A stretch of 64,000 bases of DNA from Eledone cirrhosa. Lineage: Eukaryota. The position numbers were made by a program, and so were the translations under genes. Positions 27,307-40,647 of this stretch are shown here, piece after piece (position 1 is the first letter of the stretch; every line of letters begins with the position of its first letter). The notes beneath the pieces were generated by a model that was not told where the DNA came from, searched no databases, and was given only the letters and a program-made list of their open reading frames with translations. The stretch lies in NCBI GenBank assembly GCA_964016885.1, contig OZ024741.1, positions 269,700,001-269,764,000 on the forward strand, in the 5' to 3' direction.

Positions 27307-27556
27307 AATATATATATTTTTATACACATACATATATATATCTACATATATATATATGTATATATATGCATATATATGTAGATATATATATATATTTATG
27401 TGTATAAAAATATATATATATATATATATGTGTGTGTGTAGATATATATAGATATAGATATATGTAGATATGTATATATATATATGTATGTATATATATA
27501 TATATATATATATATACATACATACATACATACATATATCTATATCTATATATATC

Positions 27557-27615
<59 letters not shown>

Positions 27616-27796
27616 TTTTTATACACATTCATATATATATATATATATCTACATATATATATATATATATATACATACATATATATATATATGTAGATGT
27701 AGATATATATATATAGATATATACATATAGATGTAGATATATATAGATACATATTATATATACATACATAGAAATGTATAAACATACATACATATA

Positions 27797-27849
<53 letters not shown>

Positions 27850-27850
27850 C
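26255..27850. repeat. Compound (AC)/(AT) microsatellite block
   Basis: Directly visible; similar blocks occur throughout the window. Confidence 0.95.
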
Positions 27851-28104
27851 CATGCACTGATGATGTGGAGATTAATGCATGTTAAGTTTGTGAATATTCA
27901 ATACAAAGTATCATGAAAGACATTGGTTCTTGTGATCTAAGACTCTTCCATGTTTATATGACTGTATAGTTGAGGAGTATTTGTTCCAGCGTATAACACT
28001 GCCAACAGCTACACATACGCACAAGAATGTACACACACTCAGATATATCAGATATATATGACTCAGCATGGCCTCAGTCGGATGGCTGGAACAGACAAAA
28101 GAAT

Positions 28105-28320
28105 GATTTCTTGTATAGGCACAAGGCCAGTAATTTGGGGGGAGGAGAAATCGATTAAATCGACCCCAGTACGTTACTGGTGCTTTATTTTATTGACCCC
28201 GTAAGAATGAAAGGCAAAGTTAACCTCGGCGGTATTTGAACTCAGACCGTAAAGGGCCGTAACTCTGTGCTACAGAGCATGGTGTCCGACTCTCCACCGA
28301 TACTGCCAATCCACCGACCT
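28105..28320 (-). mobile_element. SINE (main family)
   Basis: Head-core-tail match. Confidence 0.9.
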
Positions 28321-28371
28321 TGGAATAGATAAAAGAATAAAAGAATATATATATAAAGTCTAAAGTCTGTC

Positions 28372-28535
28372 TTAAGCCAGAAGGCTCATTTGGCCGGTCC
28401 TTATCCCGGTTTCATGGCGTGAAGCGACTGAGAGTACAAGACTCCCCCCTGGACAGGACGCCAGTCCATCGCAGGGTTAAACCTCAGCTATTGCCGGTAC
28501 TCAATTTCAGCTGAGTATACTGGAGCAACGTGAAA
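28372..28535 (-). mobile_element. 3' part of a third SINE family (V/Meta-like domain)
   Basis: ctgcgatggactggcgtcctgtccaggggg; full copy at 53180-53450. Confidence 0.75.
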
Positions 28536-28605
<70 letters not shown>

Positions 28606-28740
28606 GTTTAACAAGGTTCAATGAATTCATCAATGAATAAAGTTACACAATAGATTATAAGCACTCTACAGTAAGGTTCTCTGGAGTTATTAATATTACT
28701 TCAAAATATTAATAAATATAGACATTCATGTGATCAAATA

Positions 28741-28806
28741 TATTTTATTATACATATTTCAGAGATACTCAGCTATTTCAACAGTACGTCCTCATCAGAT
28801 AAAATA
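28741..28806 (-). ncRNA. Type I hammerhead ribozyme in the Penelope pLTR
   Basis: tattttat-CTGATGA-gga c gtact..agtat c tct-GAAA-tatgta-TA-ataaaata. Confidence 0.85.
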
Positions 28807-31800
28807 AGTTGATGCTTGACATACCTTGACTATGTTGATGGTTATAATTTAGTCATGGCAGTGATTAGTTATGACAAAACTCGATATTTATATACCTTAA
28901 GTTGAAACATGAAAAATTACATATACTACAGAGGGTGCGTATGAGAATGTGTAAAAAGATATATAAATAATTAATAATATATAATACATAAACTTATATA
29001 ACTGTTAACAATTTAAATAATAATAATATATTCATTCCTCATCATTGTTGATAGTGGAAGTGATAGATCGAGATAGCAAATCATGAGGAAAGAGAGAAAA
29101 AAAGAAGGAGATTTGATCGTAGGAACAAGAGAAGGGAGAAATGATGAAATGATAGAGAGAGGAAAATAAGTTAAATCGTATAATCAAAGGGAGGGAGATA
29201 TGCATTGTAACATGTAAATAGCGTATAATTAGATAGGTGGAAAGAATAATGCGTGACCGTTAATTTTCAAATCTTAAGTTAATTGAAAATAGTCAATTAA
29301 TCAAATGACATAATATTTTAGACTATAAAATTTTAAAGGATTTATATTATTGTATTATATCTGAGTTCAAGCAAATGTAACGTGAAAGAGATAAATTTAT
29401 GCCTATCATAACTCCAAAGGTATTCACAAGTATATTTAAAAGTATATTAAAATCAAGAATATAATCAATATATTAATAAAATGTTATTAATAAGTCATAA
29501 AGCATTATAAATGTATCTAATAAGATATTATCAAACCAGATTTATCTAGATATACACATTTGTATAATTTATATATAGACTATCAATTTAAGGTTTAAGG
29601 CGATATTAGTCACTTATATGTAGTATAATTACTGTTAAGAGTGTTATACATTTAATTCAACTAGATTTTACTGTATTTAAAATTTTACATCAATTTAAGT
29701 ATACAAAAAAAATTTATCAACTTCGATCTAAGGAGACTTTTATACTATAAATGTAGAATCATATCCTCGTGAATCGTAAATAACCATTCAACGTAATTAA
29801 ACGGTTTACAAGCCTGAATACATTAAAGGTATCAAATATATAAGATATAAGATTTAGAAAATACGAAAACCAAAATTAAATGTATTTAAACAATCTAAAG
29901 GTCATACGTACTCAACAAGAGATCAGGTTAACAGTTTCAATGTTAAGGTAGAAACCCTTAATCTAATATTAATAATAGTATAAATAATAAAAGCATTACA
30001 AGAATTTTTAATCTGAGACAATATTGTTTCACACTCAGAGTTATTAATAAACGTCTAAATCATTTCACATTTATTCAATGTTTTTTCCTGATTTTTTGTG
30101 AAGCTTGGAATGTAGATGTAGCTTTGTGCAAGCAATTTGAGAATAATTCACTTTTTTTGTTAATTAACTTATCATAATTATTAATTATTAATAGGGTCTC
30201 CATATCACAAAGATTGCAGTTAGGTGAGACGGAGGAATTAATGTAGACTTGGTTATTACAAAGTTTTGACCAAAATATTGAGTACTCTAAATTTTTGTCT
30301 TTCATGGACCATATGAGTTGTGATAAAGAAGTGGAGAATTTCTTATTCGAAAAAGAGTGTTTGTGATTCGAATATCTAATTTAAAGCTCGATGAGGTTGC
30401 TCCTATATAGTTGTAGGTGATGTTATTTGCTTTAACAGTACATTTATGAACTAGGTTCTTATCAAGACAATTATTTTGCAGAGGGCAATTCGATCTATTT
30501 CTACAGTTACATTTCGATTTACTGTTATTATTATAATTTAAACTGTACACGTTATCATTGCTAATAGTTGGAGGTGTTCTGTTGTGAGTGTTAAGTTAAT
30601 GTTATTGTTATTCACAGTATCAATATTATTGCTAATGTTAATATTGCCATTATCCCTAATTGTTTGTTGGTTATGATTAAGAATTCTACTATTTATTTTT
30701 GCAATGTTCTGTGCCATATTCATAGTTGTAGAGTAAGATAGCTTAATTGTATGTCTATTGAATATATAATGGTATTTATGTGTACTGAGAAAGCATTTAT
30801 CTAAAGCCTTAAAGAATAAATTTTCCAGGGGTGTTTTGATAGCTAAAGATGCGGGAGGTGCATACCAAATCACTGCTTTGGTTCTGATTTTTTTCCGAGA
30901 TTTATTCACGACATTATTATTTTTATTTATATTTAAATAATTTTTAGAGACCGCTTTATTTATGTTATTCGTATTTTTACCTAATTTATAATTCGAATTA
31001 GTATTATCTAGATATTCAATATTATTTTTATATCCTGCCTTATGTAATGCCTCATTATAATATCCAGCTTTTTCATCAAAAATGGATTTGTTAGCGGATA
31101 ATCTAGTTAAGCGTTTTTGAACACTATTGACTATTGCATTTTTCACGGATTTAGGGTGATTTGAGTAATAGTTAACATAAGTTAGGTTTTCATTGGGCTT
31201 ATGGAAGGGGTAATATAATCCTGAATTTAAATTAAGGGTGACATCAAGGAAGTTAACTACTTTAGTGCTACTTTCAACTTCTAATTTGAGGTCATAATTT
31301 TTAAAGAATTCTATTATTGTTTTCTTAACCCTATTTAGTTCTGTATTGCTATGCTACTACAGTAAATAAAATATCATCCCTATATAAACCACCAGTAATC
31401 TCCGGCAATTTTCTATTTATCATTTTGAGGATAAAAATTCCCAGAAGATCGGTAATTTGTGCAGAGTCAGATGACCCCATGGTAATGTCAAAATTTCTAT
31501 TCCTATCCGAGCGGGTCCAAAACTCATTATTAAAATAATTAGGGTTCTTCTAGCCGTTAATATGATATTAATCTCCTCGCTAGTTAGATCTGTATGTTTA
31601 TAAGCGTAAGACAAAGCCTTATTCAAGAGGTTAGGTGTAATAGATGAGTAGTAACTTGCTATGTCCAATTGAATAAATTTGTGATTTTTCTTATTTTCTA
31701 TATTTTTAAACCAGTCTATTACTTCACTAGTGTCCTTCCATAAGCTCAGCTTTGACTTCAATTTCAATGTTGGTAAAATTCTATCAATAATATTTTTACT

Positions 31801-32291
31801 GATTACTCCAATGTCCGACTTAGAGGGAGCTATCAGTCTAACCGGCAAGTCTTCTTCAAAATTTCTCTTGTGATCCTTAAAATTTATCCTCGGCTGTCTA
31901 GGTATAAAAGGTTCGGTCTTTCTTTCAATTCTAAGTTTGGCTATTATTTTAAACGCGTCATTATTGATGTCTATTTCTCAGTTCTTTTAAAATTAAATCT
32001 TTATATTCTGTTTTATCTATCTCATATAAGTTGTTGGTTTTGTCTGACTTCACCAATATTTTATTTGCTTTTTTTATATCTATGATTTTTTCCTTCATAC
32101 TTCTAAGGTATTGTTGACCTTTATATAGGTTTTTCTTAAATTTTATCTTCTTTAGTATATTAAGAATTTCACTTTCAAAATCCTCCAGGAGTTTGTTGTA
32201 TGGAGGATTTTTTCCTAGATTTCAAGATGTTTTCGAAATTATTGTTGTTGTTTTTCCTTTTAGCTTCTTTGTTTTCAAAATGAAACGCACT

Positions 32292-32357
32292 TATTTTATC
32301 TGATGAGGACGTACTGTTGAAATAGCTCAGTATCTCTGAAATATGTATAATAAAATA
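32292..32357 (+). ncRNA. Type I hammerhead ribozyme in the inverted pLTR copy
   Basis: Near-identical inverted copy of 28741-28806. Confidence 0.85.
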
Positions 32358-32399
32358 TATTTGATCACATGAATGTCTATATTTATTAATATTTTGAAG

Positions 32400-32442
<43 letters not shown>

Positions 32443-32472
32443 GAGAGAGAGAGAGAGGGAGAGAGAGAGAGA

Positions 32473-32520
<48 letters not shown>

Positions 32521-32596
32521 TATATGTATATCTACATGTATCTATGTATATACATTTATATGACAGAACAAAGGAGAGACAGAAAATAAAAACCTA

Positions 32597-32633
32597 GACA
32601 CTGAGGAGGTATAAGTGACGAAAGAGCTTTGAC
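32597..32633 (+). ncRNA. Hammerhead-like variant with shortened stem II
   Basis: gaca-CTGAGGA-ggtataagtgac-GAAA-gagc-TT-tgac. Confidence 0.45.
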
Positions 32634-32839
32634 AATATATAAAGAACTTTCCGGTCATCGAACCAGCCAACCGGAAATTCATAATAAATTGAAGTGAAAG
32701 CTAACAGGTGCGTGTTTTTTTATAGGCAGCTTGACCCTCCCAGAGTATAACAATATTTTTTTTTTCCCCGCCCACACAATCTCGAACTTAAGTTCAGTAA
32801 TTTATGTTGACTTTAATTTTTTCTCTCTCTTCGAGTTGC

Positions 32840-32876
32840 TCATACACATGTGTTTCGGATTTCCCTCTTCGGTTTG
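32840..32876 (-). ncRNA. Hammerhead-like motif (U4C core)
   Basis: CCGAAGA-gg[gaaat]cc-GAAA-cacatgtg-TA; 10-nt palindromic helix III; weak helix I. Confidence 0.55.
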
Positions 32877-33137
32877 TTGTTTCCCATTATTTTCGCTGTT
32901 TTTTCCTTTTTCTTCCCTTTTCCCTTATGTTGCATTTTTTTTTCTCTCTCTCCCTTTTTCCCCCAATAACTTCCTGTAGTTATTGACGCACTGGGGTTAG
33001 ATATTTTGTCTTTAATGCGTAGAAATATCTATGAATGATTCCCAGCAGACAACTGATGAAGGAAAATGTTCTCCCGTTCATGCTTTACTCTTATTTATAA
33101 GTACACGTTATCCAGCAACTACACAGACCCTGTTTCT

Positions 33138-33192
<55 letters not shown>

Positions 33193-33198
33193 TGTATA

Positions 33199-33234
<36 letters not shown>

Positions 33235-33278
33235 TATAGATATATATAGATATATACATGTAGATATATATATATGTA

Positions 33279-33967
<689 letters not shown>

Positions 33968-34137
33968 TTTACCGATTTATCTAATATCCGACTCTGTATC
34001 AAAAGGATTAACTCAGCGGAACACGGAACCTTTCTATAGATTTCACTGGATTACTCGCTATCGGATTACATTGAGTTCTATCTACGGTACGGACCCTACC
34101 ACGAAGGATACACCACATTGAAAAAAATAAAAATAAG

Positions 34138-34204
<67 letters not shown>

Positions 34205-34241
34205 AATGTATGTATGTATGTATGTATGTATGTATGTATGT

Positions 34242-34500
34242 ATCCCAGTACAACCTGTCTCATGGTCGGGTCATTGGCGACTAAACTGGCAACCCCACCA
34301 AGGTTTCTTGGTGAGGAGGGTGACTTTGGACATCCTGCAGGACTAAAAACAAAACCTGTCAAAGGTCAAAGGAGCTCTTAAGAGTCAATGGTCATCCAAA
34401 ATCACAGGGAGAGATGACCCCTTAGCCTTTGTCAAGGCAGAATTCTAGGAGAAGGAAAACTCTGATATAACACCTGCAACCCTGATGGTATCCAATGATG
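34242..34500 (+). mobile_element. Probable RTE 5'UTR fragment
   Basis: ggcgactaa and ctaggagaaggaaaactctg motifs recalled from RTE 5' ends. Confidence 0.45.
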
Positions 34501-34829
34501 TTGACTTGTTCTTCTTTTTGGTAAATATCATCTTGGTTAAGAGAGTGGGACTGGCTTTGTGCAGTGCCTTTGCTCACTATAAAAGCTTCACGGCACAGGC
34601 ATTGCTTTATATCTGGAGATCTCTCTGCACTTGTCGTCACATGGTACCATGGGCCCAGCAATATGTGTCAATAATTGTCACAAGTGCAGTGTTTGTACCA
34701 GAGTTTTCAAGTCGCTGGCGGGACTAAAAAGTCACACTCGTTCAGCGCATCGGTAGGGGTTCTCCTACATGGATATGAAGTAGTGGCCGTACTCGAAAAC
34801 GAGTTGGCAGCCACCATGTATGTATGTAT

Positions 34830-35378
34830 GTCTTAGTCTTAGTTCGGCGCATCGAGCAGTAAGTATTCGCCAAGTGATGTTGGCTGCCATCAAGTCTTTT
34901 CGGAACGTTCCTCGCCAGGTGATCCTGGGGAAATCCCGCCTCCGTTTGCCGCCAGCTGGAGTCCAGTTCATCGCTGTTTTCGGGTGTCGTTCGTCAGGCA
35001 GGCGCAGAATATGGCCAGCCAGGCGGCACCGTGACCCTCCTCTATAGCGTCCACGACACGACTCGACTTTCCGTAGGATTTCCTCGTTTCGGACTCGTTC
35101 GCGCCCGGACACACGAAGGACCATTCGCAGGCACCGCTGGTGGAAAACGTTCAACTGTCTCTCTATCTTTGCCGTGCTCTTCCAGGTTTCGCTCGCGTAA
35201 AGCATTGTTGGCTGCACGATGCTCTTGTACAGGCGAAACTTGATCCTGGTGCTGATGCATGAAGACGACCAGACAGGGCGCAACCGCTGGAAAACCGCTG
35301 CTCCTTCGCCGATCCGTCAGTTGATGTCGAACTCTACGTCGCCATTGTTTGCCAGGATGCTACCCAAATAGGTGAAGT
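34830..35378 (-). mobile_element. RTE-clade LINE 3' fragment
   Basis: FTYLGSIL..IKFRLYKSIVQPTMLYASETW..AGHILRL..WTPAGGKRRR. Confidence 0.88.
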
Positions 35379-35757
35379 GATCATCATGATCATCATTATC
35401 ATTATCATCATCATCATCATCAACGTCATCATCACCATCATAATAATTGTCATCATCAACATCATCCTCAAAATCATCATCATTATCTTCATCACCAGCA
35501 TAATAATTATCATCATCATCCCCATCAACATCATCGTCATCACCACCCTGATCATCCCCAACACCACTCACACCATCACCATCACCATAGTTATCATCAT
35601 CACCCTCATCATCATCATCGCTATCATCCTCATCAACCTCATCATCATAATTATCATCACCATCATCATCATCACCGCCCTCCCCATCACCATCACCATA
35701 ATTATCATCACTATCATCATCATCATCATCATCAGCATCACCATAATTATCATCACT

Positions 35758-35788
<31 letters not shown>

Positions 35789-35874
35789 CTATCATCATCA
35801 TCATCATCACTATCATCATCATCATCACTATCACTATAATTATCATCACTATCATCATCATCATCATCATCACT

Positions 35875-35905
<31 letters not shown>

Positions 35906-36012
35906 CTATCACTATAATTATCATCACTATCATCATCATCATCATCAACATCACTATTACTAATTATCATCACTATCACTAACATCATTATCATCATCAT
36001 CATCGTCATAAT
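35379..36012. repeat. Compound (ATC)n trinucleotide repeat
   Basis: Directly visible. Confidence 0.95.
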
Positions 36013-36177
36013 TATCTTCCTTTTAATTAGGAAATATCACGTAACAAGAGCAGACAGTTAATGATGTTTGCGTGGTGTTCCAGCCAATTACATGAACATC
36101 TAGCAATCGGCGTCATCCCTATTTAGACCGCCACTATTGTTATTGTTCTTATTATGTTGTTGCTATTATTGCTGTTC

Positions 36178-36207
36178 GTTGTGGTGGTGGTAGTGGTGGT
36201 GGTGGTG

Positions 36208-36276
<69 letters not shown>

Positions 36277-36278
36277 TC

Positions 36279-36337
<59 letters not shown>

Positions 36338-36383
36338 CTGTAGTAGTAATAGTGTTGGTGGTGGTGGTGGTGGTGGTAGCATC

Positions 36384-36423
<40 letters not shown>

Positions 36424-36492
36424 GTAGTAGTAGTGGTGGTGGTGGTGGTGGTGGTGGTGGTGATGGTGGTGGTGGTGGTGGTGGTGGTGGTG

Positions 36493-36558
<66 letters not shown>
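36178..36558. repeat. (GGT)n/(AGT)n repeat
   Basis: Directly visible. Confidence 0.95.
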
Positions 36559-36791
36559 AACCATCTTCTATTTATTGCGTGTATTTATTCCACTACGGAG
36601 ATCAATTTTAAGTACCTTGGGTGTCTGCAATATTTTCTATTTACTATTAAAAGTCTACACAATATGGTGTACAGTGTGTAGTTATGTTAGTTTATCTGTA
36701 ATCTGTGTATTTGTTATTTGTGGTCTTTAGTTATTTACTTGCTGGTTGCTAGAATGTCTTTTCATCATTCTCAATGTACCTATTATTATTA

Positions 36792-36980
36792 GGTGGATTG
36801 GCAGTATCGGTAGAGGGTCGGACGCCATGCTTTGACGCATAGAGTTACGACCCTTGCCATTCTGAGTTCAAATCCCGCCGAGGTTAACTTTGCCTTTCAT
36901 CCTTACGGGGTCGATAAAATAAAGTACCAGTAATGCACTGGGTAATTGCTGGCTTCGTGCCAAAAGTAGAAACAATTATT
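36792..36980 (+). mobile_element. SINE (main family)
   Basis: Full match. Confidence 0.9.
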
Positions 36981-36999
36981 ATTGTTATTATCATAAGTA

Positions 37000-37362
37000 C
37001 ATTTGCTAAAAGGTTGATGATGTGGCGAGAATGGCCCGTTGAATGAGCCTACTCTGGCCATACCCCTATAGACTAGCTAATTTAAGGAGGAGAGGGGTTG
37101 CTGTCCCCGGGTGCCCTAGAAGCGCAGGGTGGTTCAGGATTGGTGGGGTACTTGAGTCACCCCTGAGTCCCCCCCCCCTATAGGGGAATTTATTTTGTTA
37201 TATTTATGCATAGTTTATTTTATATTTTTATATCTTCATTGTTAAATTAGTCTTGTCATTTTTCACTTTTACTCGACCTTATTGTAAACCCCCCCCCCCC
37301 CCCACTGTCTGTGTCTTTGTATTGTACACTACATGTCGGCCCGTGTGGCCAATAAATGAAAT
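37000..37362 (+). mobile_element. 3' end of a Tx1/L1-like element related to those at 54.5-64 kb
   Basis: aaaagg..atgtggc..gatggcccg and terminal gtggccaataaatgaaatt resemble the reverse complement of 54557-54860. Confidence 0.65.
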
Positions 37363-37374
37363 TATTATTGTTAT

Positions 37375-38780
37375 TATTATAGGGGTTATTTCTGTGTTCA
37401 GTATTCACATTCTTGTCTCTATTTCCAAATGTTTATGTTTGGATTATTTCTCCATTTTTTTTATTGATACATTATTTTCTGTTGGAACTAATACTTCGAT
37501 TAAAAGTCTCTTCCTTTCTTTGTGCTCCTTTGGATCGATTAACTTTGATCTCCTTGTCTGCATGAATTGGCAAATTCCAGAGTATTGTTGCTTTGTCATT
37601 CTCTAAAACATTTCTAGTGTATATTTACACCACATGTTTTCGTTGATATTTCATAATACTGACATATCGTCCAGTATACAGAAGCTTTAACTCTTTCATA
37701 TCTGTAGATGTATTATTTCTTGGCTTAAGTTGAGCAGCCATAGACAATGTGATTAATTGTTTCTTCCCAGCCTCCATACATTCTGTAGTTATTTCATGTA
37801 ATCTTCTTCATAACAAACTGTTGATTGTTTCTAGTGAGAAGGTTTTGGGTCATGTGCCCGTTATCATGAATCATTCAGACTCCACTTTGAAATATTCTTT
37901 GTTTTTGTTTACTTCCATCTTGTTCAAACATTTCATCTATTGTTTTCGTGCAGACCTTTCTTCCTATCGATTTAACATGGCATTCTATAGACCCATTATT
38001 TAAACATATCTTAGATTTTTCCAAATTTGTTTGTTTCTTTTGTCCCCTAAAAACTATCTGTCATTTTAGCCTGTTTTGTATTTGTTAGCTTCATTGAGAC
38101 TGTTCGTGTTTTGTATACAGAAGAGTTTCTAGTTGTTTATCATCTGCAACGTACGAGGGGGTATTGAAATGTTTCTGGCTTTGGGTAAAAGAAAATACAG
38201 GAGGCTCGGTTAAAAGAAAATACAGGGGGATCAGTTAAAAGAAAATATAGAAGGACCAGGTAAAAGAAAATATAGAAGGACCAGGTAAAAGAAAATATAG
38301 GAAGATGAGTTAAGAGAAAATACTGGAAGATCAATTAAAAGAAAATACTGGAGGATCAGTTAAAAGAAAATATAGGAGGATCAGTAAAAAGAAAATATAG
38401 GAGGATTAGTTAAGAGAAAATATAGGAGGATTAGTTGAAAGAAAATACAGGAGGATCAGGTAAAGAAAATACTGGAGGATCAGTTAATTATCATTTTATT
38501 CAACATATTTCCCTCAGATTCACACACTTGTTGGAGTGCTCCTACCTCCCCTGTAAAGGTAACAACTCTACCCTTTCGCGATACCCTTAAAGCCAGGAAC
38601 TTTAGAGCACACCCTCATATTGTGTCAAGTAAATCATATAGATGGATCATTGGCATCACAAAGCATTTGTATCTAAACCCAATTTCGTTTAACATGTTGG
38701 TGAAAAGTGTCAGTGCCAGACAGAAAAGAAGTAGAGACGCAGTCCCTTTAAAATATACCATATCTAATTGAGATGGTATT
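37375..38780 (-). mobile_element. Decayed R4/Dong-like non-LTR element (RT plus Zn-knuckle/REL), interrupted by a MITE
   Basis: IRYGIF.GD..LLFCLAL; ETINHIVYGC; ENDKATILWNLPIHADKEIKVNR; LLIEVLVP. Confidence 0.7.
38152..38618. mobile_element. Mariner-like MITE with an internal ~24-bp tandem expansion
   Basis: TIR tacgaggggg.ttgaaa.gtttctggct / agccaggaacttt..gcacaccctcata; related to 41751-41969. Confidence 0.8.
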
Positions 38781-38806
38781 AGTTTTTATTCTATCTTTTA
38801 TTGAGG

Positions 38807-38995
38807 GTGGTGGATTGGCAGTATCGGTGGAGAGTCGGACGCTATGCTTTGCAGCATAGAGTTACAGCCCTTTATAATCTGAGTTCAATCCCGCCAAGGT
38901 TAACTTTGCCTTTCATCCTTACGGGGTCGATAAAATAAAGTACCAGTAATGCACTGGGTAATTGCTGGCCTTGTGCCAAAAGTAGAAACAATTAT
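38807..38995 (+). mobile_element. SINE (main family)
   Basis: Full match. Confidence 0.9.
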
Positions 38996-39509
38996 TCTAT
39001 CTTTTATTTCTCTCTGCAGATTTGTTTAGTACTTTCTAATTACCTGTTCGATGTATCTGCTTATTATTGCTGCTACAAAAGTGATAATATACAACCTATT
39101 TAAATTAACGTCTAGGTGTAAAAGAAATAATGGAACTAAGACGGTGCATTGAAATGCTCCAGAAACCTGTAGAACATTATAGAATAAAATATCCATGAAA
39201 ATTAAATTAGAAAATTAACTCAATTAAGGTTTGTTCCAACACTCTGACGCGTATGTGTATATGTGTGTGCGTCTGTACGGGCATATGCATACATTTATAT
39301 GTATGAGTATATGAATATAAAAACGCAAACTCAGACACACAAAAATACACACTCACAGACATACATTCACACAAATACACATACATTCACACAAATACAC
39401 ACATACATTCACATAAACACACACATACATTTACACAAACACACATTCACATACACTCACAAACAGTGATAGAAGCCTGCATCAGTGAATGTTAGACGCT
39501 GTTTTCTGT

Positions 39510-39717
39510 AGTTTGACATCACCCCTTCCTTCTTCAGTCATCTCTAGTGCGTGATGTCATCACTCCTTCCTTCCTCAGTCATCTCTAGTGTGTGACGTCA
39601 TCACCCCTTACTTCCTCAGTCATCTCTAGGCGTGTGACGTCATCACCCCTTCCTTCCTCAGTCATCTCTAGTGTGTGACGTCATCACCCCTTACTTCCTC
39701 AGTTATCTTTAGTGTGT
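39510..39717. repeat. About 41-bp minisatellite, 5 copies
   Basis: tgacgtcatcaccccttccttcctcagtcatctctagtgtg. Confidence 0.95.
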
Positions 39718-39875
39718 GGTCGAAGAACGGGCGGAAGAGGTTCAAATTTATATTTAGATTACTCAGTGTGGATGTGTTAGTGGGACATACATATACACCA
39801 GGTCCAAACACAAAGGAACCAAACTCTCACTGTAACTGCTTCTGTCTCTCCCCATCACTCACTATTATTCTAAAA

Positions 39876-40208
39876 TGCGGCCAGCGCGGGGTCCCCATTT
39901 TAGAATAATTGTTTCTACGTTAGGCACAAGGCCAGCAATTACCCAGTGCATTACTGGTACTTTATTTTATCGACCCCGTAAGGATGAAAGGCAAAGTTAA
40001 CCTTGGCGAGATTTGAACTCAGAATGGCAAGGGCCGTAACTCTATGCTTTTACGTATAGAGTTACGGCCCTTGCCATTCAAAGGTTAACTTTGCCTTTCA
40101 TCCTTACGGGGTCGATAAAATAAAGTACCAGTAATGCTCTGGGTAATTGCTGGCCTTGTGCCTAACGTAGAAACAATTATTCTAAAATAGGGACCCCGCG
40201 CTGGCCGC
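39876..40208. mobile_element. Fold-back pair of truncated SINEs including duplicated flank
   Basis: 39876-40046 is inverted at 40055-40208. Confidence 0.9.
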
Positions 40209-40616
40209 TCCGGCGGACAGAATAGAGAAAGCGTTTCCCCGGGGGATGGTGAGGGAAACGCGCTGGAAAAGCCATTCCAGCTTGCGAAATAGTTCAAGAC
40301 TTAAAAGTACAGTTGTTACACCTCGTGGCAGTAAAATCCACTTTAGAAGATTCTGCTCTGAGGGACTTAAACGCAAACCAAGTAAGGAGTAAGTTGTTAG
40401 AGCTACTGTTCCTGTAGCACCATCAGTCATACCATAACTTCCATTTCAGAAGATGACAGTAAAATCCTCCTCTCTCGTATTATGTTCCGGCTCCGTGAAC
40501 TCTGATTTCAAATGTTATCGATGTCAACTTTGCCTTTCATCAAACTGGGATTGATAAATAGAATACCAATCAAGAACTGGGTTCTGTTCTTCTCTCCCTT
40601 TCATTCTCTCTCTCTC

Positions 40617-40644
<28 letters not shown>

Positions 40645-40647
<3 letters not shown>

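Larger units (their letters stand above)
28599..32403 (-). mobile_element. Penelope-like element (Naiad-type), about 3.8 kb, in (AT)n, with 3' pLTR and inverted partial pLTR at the 5' end
   Basis: VRLIAPSKSDIG, FIQLDIASYYSSI, MGSSDSA, GLYRDD, SNHP, CNCRNRSNCPL, YIG, CNLCDME..NCLH; frameshifts; 28696-28808 inverted at 32290-32403; (AT)n on both sides. Confidence 0.92.

Noticed and set aside
33053-33080. CTGATGAAGG motif (also minus strand near 54210)
   Set aside because: No GAAA after a helix II, so not a hammerhead on this strand.
35317-36009. Poly-Asp ORF fused to an RT fragment
   Set aside because: An (ATC)n repeat abutting a truncated RTE; the in-frame join is coincidental.
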